Assembly: GCA_043808785.1 (NCBI GenBank)
Contig: JAZDEL010000009.1
Location: 1-32,000 of the forward strand
Direction of reading: 5' to 3'
Source: Candidatus Iainarchaeum sp.
GTDB taxonomy: Archaea; Iainarchaeota; Iainarchaeia; Iainarchaeales; JAZDEL01
Length of the DNA stretch: 32,000 bases
Shown here: in pieces, positions 25,824 through 32,000 of the stretch
How the letters are laid out: each line of letters opens with the position of its first letter
Numbering within the stretch: position 1 is the stretch's first letter
The notes under the pieces: generated by a model
The model's input: only the letters and a program-made list of their open reading frames with translations
Told to the model about the DNA's origin: nothing
The model's database searches: none
Made by a program: the position numbers and the translations under genes

Positions 25824-26723
25824 TTACACCTTAACCCCCAACAGCTTCAGCATCACAGCCTTCTGCACGTGCATCCTGTTCTCGGCCTCATCGAAGACAA
25901 TGCTTGCCTTGCTGTCAAGCACCTCATCAGCAACCTCGCATCCGCGGTGCGCGGGCAGGCAGTGCATGAACAATGCATCCTTCTTCGCGTGTGCCATCAA
26001 ATTTGCATCAACCATGTAACCCTTAAAATCCCGCAGGCGCTTCTCCTTCTCCCCCTCCTGCCCCATGCTGACCCAGGTGTCGGTGTAAACAACATCCGCG
26101 CCCTTAACCGCGTCTTCGGGTTTGTTGTAGAGCTGCAGCGCACCGAATTTCTTTCCCACATCAACCGCGCTTTTGTGGGGTTCGTAACCCTTCGGGGTTG
26201 CAACAGCAACCTTCATACCCATTTTCGAGCCGCCGATTATGAGCGAGTTGCAAACATTGTTCCCGTCCCCCACAAATGCCAGTTTCAAACCCTCCAGTTT
26301 TCCTTTTTTTTCCTTTATTGTCATCAAATCCGCCAAAATTTGGCACGGGTGATAAAGGTCGCAAAGCGCATTTATGACGGGAACCCTGCTGGCTTCCGCC
26401 ATTGCCTTGATATCCGCATGCTTATACACGCGCGCCATGATAATATCGCAGTACCTGTCCAGGCACCTTATTTCATCCTGAATTGCGCCCAATGTGAAGT
26501 TGCTCGCCCTCCAGTCCAGAAAAATCGCGTGCCCGCCCAATTGCGTCATTCCCGCCTCGAAACTAACCCTTGTACGTGTGCTGGTTTTCTGGAACAGCAT
26601 GCACAGGCTCTTGTTTTTGAGCGCGTCCGCATAATCCCCCTGCGAACCCTTTACTTTTATTGCGTTGTCTATAACCTCGCCTATAAGTTCGGGTTTCCAG
26701 TCCAAAAGAGTTACAAGATGCAT
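25824..26723 (-). CDS. argF: Ornithine carbamoyltransferase
   Basis: STRTRVSFE, HPCQILAD, DTWVSMGQE, HCLPAHRG. The track ORF extends to 26801, but Met27 (ATG 26723, MHLVTLLDW...) gives the standard length of 299 aa. Confidence 0.9.
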   Translation of the reverse strand: MHLVTLLDWKPELIGEVIDNAIKVKGSQGDYADALKNKSLCMLFQKTSTRTRVSFEAGMTQLGGHAIFLDWRASNFTLGAIQDEIRCLDRYCDIIMARVYKHADIKAMAEASRVPVINALCDLYHPCQILADLMTIKEKKGKLEGLKLAFVGDGNNVCNSLIIGGSKMGMKVAVATPKGYEPHKSAVDVGKKFGALQLYNKPEDAVKGADVVYTDTWVSMGQEGEKEKRLRDFKGYMVDANLMAHAKKDALFMHCLPAHRGCEVADEVLDSKASIVFDEAENRMHVQKAVMLKLLGVKV

Positions 26724-26809
26724 CCTCAAACCTCCTCGAGCCCACACTAAACAGCAACCAAAATTATTTAATAATGGTTCATGCCGGTTTTGGTTCGGCA
26801 ATAAAAAGC

Positions 26810-27571
26810 CTAACCCCTAGGCCGGGGCTTTGGCTGGTTATTCCGCCTTTCTCTTGTTGCGGGCCTTTTTCCCGCCTTCTTGCGCCGCCATGCCCTGAAA
26901 CTTTTCACAATAAGGTCAAAATCAGCAGGGCGCAAGGAGTGCTTTTCGGCAAATTTTATTCTGCTCTTTATTCCGCGCGCCTTTAGCGCTTCTTTCAAAT
27001 TATCCGCGGCAGCATCTATGCAGCCCGGCTCGTATTCCCTATTGCGAGCATTAAAATTTCCCAGATACTCGCCCATGCCCTCAATTTCAACCCCCTTTTC
27101 ATCAAATTCAAACTTTGAAATAAGCCTTCCCAATTCCGACCGGTAATGCTGCTTTTCCCTTACGGTTACTTCATAGTCCCCGACAACAGCATTTCCGCCC
27201 GAATGGCGGAAGTCCCCGTAAACCTTGGGCAGTTCCAGAAATCTGCTGCCAAGCGTTTTCCCTGCAAATTCCCTGAACCTGCCATACGTATCCTTCAGGC
27301 CGCTCGGAATGGAAGAAAGAGGCTCAACCCCGACCATAACCGCCATTGCATCCGGGTTATTTTTTATTGCCGCTATCTCTTTTCCCCAGCCGCCGAGCAT
27401 ATTTCTTACAAATGAGCGAGTTACCTGCGGGAATTGCGAAAGCCTTTGTGGCGGTTCGTGCCAAGGAAGCCCCTGATATATCATGAGAAACAGGCTGTGA
27501 AACGGGTGCACTATCAAAAGCACCCTGTTTATTTTGCCCGGCTTTACATGTTCATTCATTTTGTTAGCCAT
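26810..27571 (-). CDS. Hypothetical protein with a strongly basic C-terminal tail
   Basis: 253-aa ORF with protein-like composition in an AT-richer patch. The tail is ...WRRKKAGKRPATRERRNNQPKPRPRG. No family recognised. Confidence 0.55.
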   Translation of the reverse strand: MANKMNEHVKPGKINRVLLIVHPFHSLFLMIYQGLPWHEPPQRLSQFPQVTRSFVRNMLGGWGKEIAAIKNNPDAMAVMVGVEPLSSIPSGLKDTYGRFREFAGKTLGSRFLELPKVYGDFRHSGGNAVVGDYEVTVREKQHYRSELGRLISKFEFDEKGVEIEGMGEYLGNFNARNREYEPGCIDAAADNLKEALKARGIKSRIKFAEKHSLRPADFDLIVKSFRAWRRKKAGKRPATRERRNNQPKPRPRG

Positions 27572-27737
27572 CCGAAAAATAAGGCATCAGGCACTTAATA
27601 AACCTTCCCGCCCATAGTTCGGCGGCAGGGCACGAACCTGCGGGATATCTGGGCAGCCCTATTGAACCATAAGGCAATTAAGCGCGGCGTCAACAGCCGG
27701 CGCAGGTTCGCGCCTGTTTTTTTTCACAGTTCTCGCC

Positions 27738-28157
27738 CTATTTTTTATATCCTGATTTTCTTCTGCGGTCCCTGCGGTCCAAATATACGTCAACGGTATC
27801 TGTTACTCTCCCCGGGGGTATCCCGCTTTTACGGTCCAAAGACGTCAGGCCAACCTTCGTAAGGTTCCATTGTTTGCCCACGGGCTTTAAAGTTTTTTTA
27901 GATACCGCATTCACAAGGCCGCGCTCCGTTGCGAAAATTTTCTTGTGGACTTTTGTATCAGTCCCTCCTTTTACGGAATAATGCGTTCTTGACGGACTGC
28001 TTGACTGACTAACAACCTTATGCGCTTCAAATAAACCGGCGTGCTTGTTTGCGGCATCAGTCAATGATGCATTCTTAAGCGTATAGAGCGGCTTTGTATT
28101 CCTCCTGTTCTTCGCAGGCTTCTGCCAACTGCGCCAGTTTTTAATCGGTCTTGCCAT
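27738..28157 (-). CDS. Hypothetical basic protein
   Basis: 139-aa Lys/Arg-rich ORF. TATA-like boxes lie 40-60 nt upstream on the minus strand. No family recognised. Confidence 0.5.
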   Translation of the reverse strand: MARPIKNWRSWQKPAKNRRNTKPLYTLKNASLTDAANKHAGLFEAHKVVSQSSSPSRTHYSVKGGTDTKVHKKIFATERGLVNAVSKKTLKPVGKQWNLTKVGLTSLDRKSGIPPGRVTDTVDVYLDRRDRRRKSGYKK

Positions 28158-28537
28158 TCAAAAAACACCTCCATTTGGGAACCTGACTTTCCCGGATATA
28201 TGAACGCCCTCGGCGTATATAAATTTGTCCCCGACAGGGGCTCTGTAGAAATCCTTTATAAAACCCAAAAATCGGGTTCGCAAAACCCGGCAAACCGCCC
28301 TATTTTGCCTTTCGGCAAAATGGGCTTAATAATAGTTTAAGATATTTAACGATAATTAACGATTTATTTTTATTCCGCAATCGCACTTACCGATACAAAC
28401 CAAGCCGCTTTTGCGGTTTTGTTTTTTTGTTTTCTCAGACAGGATGCGAGCGCATTTTCCCGCGCAAACACAAGCGAAGTTATTTATAATAGTTCGGCGT
28501 TCAATTATGTTGTCTTTCACTTCCTTCGTGGTTGCAA

Positions 28538-30097
28538 ATGTGCGGAATTCTCGGAATATACGGGCATGGCGACGTAATCAGCGAATTATATGACGGCCTG
28601 CTCGGGATACAGCACCGCGGGCAGGATGCCGCGGGCGTAATCACTTATAACGGGGAAGGGAGGCTGCACCTCAAGAAGGGCTGCGGCCTTGTAAGGGATG
28701 TTGTAAAGCCCAAGCACTTCATGCGCATGCGCGGGCATTTGGGAATAGGGCACGTGCGCTACCCCACTGTCGGAGGGGGCTGCGCGGAAGATGCGCAGCC
28801 TTTTTATGTCACGCACCCTTTCGGGATTGCGATGGCGCACAACGGAAACCTCACTAATTTTGCGGCGCTGAAAAAGGACCTGCTTGAAAAGAACCAGCGC
28901 TACCTCACATCGAACTGCGATGCCGAGGCAATCCTTAATGTTTTTGCGGATGCACTCGCAAGGCAGAAGGTAAAGGCGCCCTCCTTCGAGAACATTTGCC
29001 GCGCTGTGCAGGATGTTTTCAAGCGCTGCAGGGGCGCTTACTCGGTTGTTGCGGTTATTGCAGGGCACGGCATTGTTGTTTTCAGGGACCCTTACGGAGT
29101 AAAGCCGATTTTATTCGGACAGAAAATTGTTGAGGGTAAGCAATGCTACGCCTTTGCTTCGGAAAGCGTTGCGCTCGACATCCTTGGCTATGGCAACAAC
29201 ACACGCGACCTTATGCCCGGGGAGGTTGTTTTCATTGATGCAAAGCGCAAGGTTTACTCAAAGCGCCTCCTGGCCAAGAAGCAGGCGCTCTGCATTTTCG
29301 AGTTCATCTATTTCGCGCGCCCCGACTCGATGATCGACAAGATTTCGGTTTACAAAACCCGCCTGCGTTTGGGGGAGGAGCTTGCGCGCGAGTGGGAAAG
29401 GACGGGCGTGGAGGCTGATTCGGTCATCCCCGTTCCCGACACAGCGCGCACCTCCGCAAGTTCCTTTGCGCGCGTGCTCGACCTTAAATACCGCGAAGGG
29501 CTTGTTAAGAACCGCTATGTGGGGCGCACTTTCATAATGGCGGGGCAGCGCGAGAGGCAGAACTCCATAAGGCAGAAACTTAATCCGATAAAACTCGAGT
29601 TCAGGCGCAGGCGCGTATTGCTGATTGACGATTCAATAGTGCGCGGAAACACATCAAGGCAGATAATTCAGCTCGCAAGAGATGCGGGTGCAAGGAAGGT
29701 TTATTACGGCTCCTCCGCGGCGCCGCTCAAATTCCCGTGCGTTTACGGCATAGACATGAGCACAAAGCGCGAGTTTGTCGCAAAGGGCAAGACAATGAAG
29801 GAAATATCCCAGAGCATAGGCGCTGACCGCGTGCTGTACCAGACGGTTGACGGGATGGTCAGGGCTGCAAGCGCGGGCAACCCGAAAGTTGGGTTCTGCA
29901 CGGCGTGCTTCACAGGCAGATACCCTACAGGGGATGTAACCCCGCAGATACTGAAGGCTATAGAGCGGGAGAGGCTTTTCAAGGGCAAGGGGCAGAAAGG
30001 CAGGGGTGAAAAGGGCAAGGGCGGAAAAGGCCAAAATGCATTGCAGGCAGGGCAGGGATGCGGCCAGCCCGACTGCGAGGTTTCGGCAATCGACTGA
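28538..30097 (+). CDS. purF: Amidophosphoribosyltransferase with a C-terminal Gly/Lys-rich extension
   Basis: N-terminal MCGILGIYG (Ntn Cys directly after Met 28538), PRTase motif VLLIDDSIVRGNTS, and an Fe-S Cys cluster region FCTACFTGRYP. The track start at TTG 28532 lies 2 codons upstream. Confidence 0.95.
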   Translation: MCGILGIYGHGDVISELYDGLLGIQHRGQDAAGVITYNGEGRLHLKKGCGLVRDVVKPKHFMRMRGHLGIGHVRYPTVGGGCAEDAQPFYVTHPFGIAMAHNGNLTNFAALKKDLLEKNQRYLTSNCDAEAILNVFADALARQKVKAPSFENICRAVQDVFKRCRGAYSVVAVIAGHGIVVFRDPYGVKPILFGQKIVEGKQCYAFASESVALDILGYGNNTRDLMPGEVVFIDAKRKVYSKRLLAKKQALCIFEFIYFARPDSMIDKISVYKTRLRLGEELAREWERTGVEADSVIPVPDTARTSASSFARVLDLKYREGLVKNRYVGRTFIMAGQRERQNSIRQKLNPIKLEFRRRRVLLIDDSIVRGNTSRQIIQLARDAGARKVYYGSSAAPLKFPCVYGIDMSTKREFVAKGKTMKEISQSIGADRVLYQTVDGMVRAASAGNPKVGFCTACFTGRYPTGDVTPQILKAIERERLFKGKGQKGRGEKGKGGKGQNALQAGQGCGQPDCEVSAID

Positions 30098-30189
30098 TTC
30101 TGCTGCAGGCAAGCCCTTGCAGGCATGCAGGGCTTCGGCAACAGGCTGATTCCGTTACCCGCGGCAAACTACGGCAATCGACTGATTCT
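30084..30189 (+). repeat. Three direct copies of an 18-nt motif, cggcaa(tcga/cagg)ctgattc(t/c)
   Basis: 30084-30101 and 30172-30189 are identical (cggcaatcgactgattct). 30136-30153 is cggcaacaggctgattcc. Copy 1 contains the purF stop codon. Confidence 0.85.
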
Positions 30190-30282
30190 TTTTCGTCAAT
30201 TACACAATATTTAAAAAGGGCACCTACCAATATATTCTTGGTCTCTGTTCTCAGTTTGGAGGGTGGTTTTCTGGCAGGAACA

Positions 30283-31326
30283 ATGAAGGCTATAGTTAAG
30301 GCTAAGCCCGGCAAGGGCGCGGAGATAAGGAAAGTGCCCATTCCCGTTCCAAAGGGCGGCGAGGTGCTGATAAAGGTTCTCGCAACCTCTATCTGCGGCA
30401 CGGATGTGCACATTTACAACTGGGAGGGCGCATTCAAGGACCGCGTCAAGGCGCCGCAGATAATGGGGCACGAGTTTATAGGGGAAATCGCCGAACTCGG
30501 CAAGGGCGTTACAAGCGTAAAGGTCGGCGACAGGGTTACTGCGGAAACTCACATCGTGTGCAACAAGTGCGACCAGTGCAAGACCGGCAATGCGCACGTA
30601 TGCAAGGAAACCTCGATAATCGGCGTGGACAGGGACGGCTCGTTCGCGGAATATATCGCAATCCCCGAGGAGAACGCATGGTTAACCAGCAAGGACATTC
30701 CCCTGCACGTTGCATCCGTGCAGGAGCCTTTGGGGAACGCCGTGCACGCAGCAATGGAGTTCGATGCAGCGGGAAAGAATTGCGCTGTTTTCGGCTGCGG
30801 GCCGATAGGGCTTTTTTCAATCGCAATACTGAAAAAGAACGGCGCTGCAAAGGTAATCGCGCTTGACCTTAAGGACGAGCGCATAGAACTCGCGAAAAAG
30901 ATGGGCGCGGATGCCGCAATAAAGGTCAACGGCAGGAGCGTTAAGGACGAGATAAGGGAGCACACGAACGGCACAGGCATAAACCTCGCGCTCGAGATGT
31001 CGGGCAGCCCGCAGGCTGCGCACGACATTCTCGACACGCTTGTTATGGGCGGGGAAATGGTCTGGTTCGGCCTGCCTAACGAGGAAATATGCATAGACAT
31101 TTCCAACAAGGTGGTTTTCCGCGGGGTGAAGATGCACGGAGTGATAGGCAGGAAGATGTACGACACATGGTTCAAATCCAGGCGCCTGCTGAACTCGGGC
31201 CTTGACGTAAGCCCCGTGATAACTCACAAACTGCCCTTCGAGGAATGGGAAAAGGGCATGGAGCTGATGGGCAGCGGCAAGAGCGGGAAAATCGTGCTTT
31301 ACCCGGACACGAAATACATGAAATGA
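30283..31326 (+). CDS. tdh: L-threonine 3-dehydrogenase (Zn-dependent MDR family)
   Basis: 347 aa from ATG 30283 (MKAIVKAKPGKGAEIRKVPIP). GHEFIGEI, structural-Zn Cys cluster CNKCDQCKTGNAHVC, GCGPIG. Adjacent to kbl. The track ORF start at 30058 is an upstream extension. Confidence 0.9.
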   Translation: MKAIVKAKPGKGAEIRKVPIPVPKGGEVLIKVLATSICGTDVHIYNWEGAFKDRVKAPQIMGHEFIGEIAELGKGVTSVKVGDRVTAETHIVCNKCDQCKTGNAHVCKETSIIGVDRDGSFAEYIAIPEENAWLTSKDIPLHVASVQEPLGNAVHAAMEFDAAGKNCAVFGCGPIGLFSIAILKKNGAAKVIALDLKDERIELAKKMGADAAIKVNGRSVKDEIREHTNGTGINLALEMSGSPQAAHDILDTLVMGGEMVWFGLPNEEICIDISNKVVFRGVKMHGVIGRKMYDTWFKSRRLLNSGLDVSPVITHKLPFEEWEKGMELMGSGKSGKIVLYPDTKYMK

Positions 31327-31395
31327 AAATTATGGCGGGCAGTGCCCGGCACGAAATACATGAAATAATGTGCGATAGGAAACACAGATAGGGTT

Positions 31396-31444
31396 AAAAC
31401 AAAAACCAGCGCCAACCCGCAGGTTTTTGTTTTTTTTGGTTTTC
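31396..31444 (+). terminator. Hairpin plus T-tract terminator downstream of tdh
   Basis: aaaacaaaaacc (31396-31407) pairs perfectly with ggtttttgtttt (31422-31433), and the T-rich run continues to 31444. Confidence 0.55.
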
Positions 31445-31467
31445 AATAGTTCTGAGGAGGTGCTCAA

Positions 31468-32000
31468 ATGCCTAACCCGACAGATTTCATGAAAAATGTG
31501 GTGGATGACCTGAAAAGCAAGGACCTTTACTGGAACATCCGCGTGCTGCAGTCCGCAAGCACGCCGCGCGCGAAGGTCGACGGAAGGGACGTGATAATGT
31601 TCTGCTCCAACAATTACCTCGGCCTGAGCGACCACCCGAAGCTTAAGGAAGCGGCGATAAACGCGGTAAAGAAATACGGCGCTGGTTCGGGGAGCGTAAG
31701 GGCTATTGCGGGCACAATGGATTTGCATGTGGAGCTTGAAAAGAAAATCGCAAAATTCAAGCACACCGAGGCAGCGCTCTACTACCAGTCGGGGTTCACG
31801 GTTAACTCCGGCCTCATACCCGCGCTGCTGGAGCAGGGCGATTTGGTCATAAGCGACGAACTCAACCACGGGAGCATAATCGACGGTGTAAGGCTGACCA
31901 AGGCCGAGAGGGCGATTTACAAGCACAAGGACATGGAGGGGCTTGAGAAAATCCTCAAGGATGCGCAGGAGAAGAAATACGGCAAAATCCTCGTTATTAC
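31468..32000 (+). CDS. kbl: 2-amino-3-ketobutyrate CoA ligase (glycine C-acetyltransferase), 5' part; continues beyond the window
   Basis: Open frame from ATG 31468 to the window edge. SD gaggaggtg ends 5 nt upstream. MPNPTDFMKNVVDDLKSKDLYWNIRVLQS...FCSNNYLGL...GSGSVRAIAGT...ISDELNHGSIIDG is typical of the alpha-oxoamine synthase family. The kbl call rests on linkage to tdh. Confidence 0.85.
   Translation, partial: MPNPTDFMKNVVDDLKSKDLYWNIRVLQSASTPRAKVDGRDVIMFCSNNYLGLSDHPKLKEAAINAVKKYGAGSGSVRAIAGTMDLHVELEKKIAKFKHTEAALYYQSGFTVNSGLIPALLEQGDLVISDELNHGSIIDGVRLTKAERAIYKHKDMEGLEKILKDAQEKKYGKILVI

Noticed and set aside
25869-26750. 293-aa + strand ORF, plus ORF 25651..26019
   Set aside because: Antisense to the well-supported argF gene, with no recognisable motifs.
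27600-27720. tRNA gene, suggested by GGTTCG T-loop-like hairpins on both strands
   Set aside because: The loops lack the conserved A58-equivalent or the 7-nt geometry. No acceptor, D or anticodon arms can be paired around either hairpin.
30549-31175. 208-aa minus-strand ORF, plus other ORFs overlapping tdh
   Set aside because: Antisense or off-frame shadows of tdh.
31330-31926. 198-aa minus-strand ORF
   Set aside because: Antisense to the SD-led, clearly homologous kbl reading frame, which is open to the window edge and therefore missing from the ORF track.
1-32000. CRISPR arrays, rRNA genes, transposases or IS elements, and integrases
   Set aside because: No regularly spaced repeats, no rRNA signature sequences, and no DDE or tyrosine-recombinase-like ORFs were seen on either strand.

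Overview
This window looks like an archaeal chromosomal segment. It has archaeal-type AlaRS and LeuRS, an RNase P RNA, TATA-like boxes about 25 nt upstream of starts, and a mix of leaderless and Shine-Dalgarno-led genes. Most of it is housekeeping: a copper-type cluster (ICMT-like membrane methyltransferase, copA P1B-ATPase, an HMA-domain membrane protein, and a divergent membrane-anchored wHTH), then RNase P RNA, alaS, carA, carB, leuS, argS, argF, purF and tdh-kbl. Between these lie visibly AT-richer accessory patches. They hold two PIN-domain genes, each overlapped at its 3' end by a convergent small RHH-like ORF; two paralogous SAM-methyltransferase-like genes with duplication scars; two HExxH-motif proteins, each tightly coupled to the 3' end of a tRNA-synthetase gene; and two basic hypothetical proteins flanked by candidate small RNAs. 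The main finding is in carB. Its reading frame is broken exactly inside the invariant GQAGE|FDYSG motif by a 39-nt insert that is in frame but contains a stop codon. The insert folds into a bulge-helix-bulge-like hairpin whose geometry predicts precise excision, so it is a candidate archaeal mRNA intron. A free-standing double-motif LAGLIDADG endonuclease-like gene with HTH/wHTH domains sits between carA and carB, translationally packed against both. No rRNA, tRNA, CRISPR array or transposase was recognised. Many long ORFs in the supplied track are antisense shadows of the real genes.
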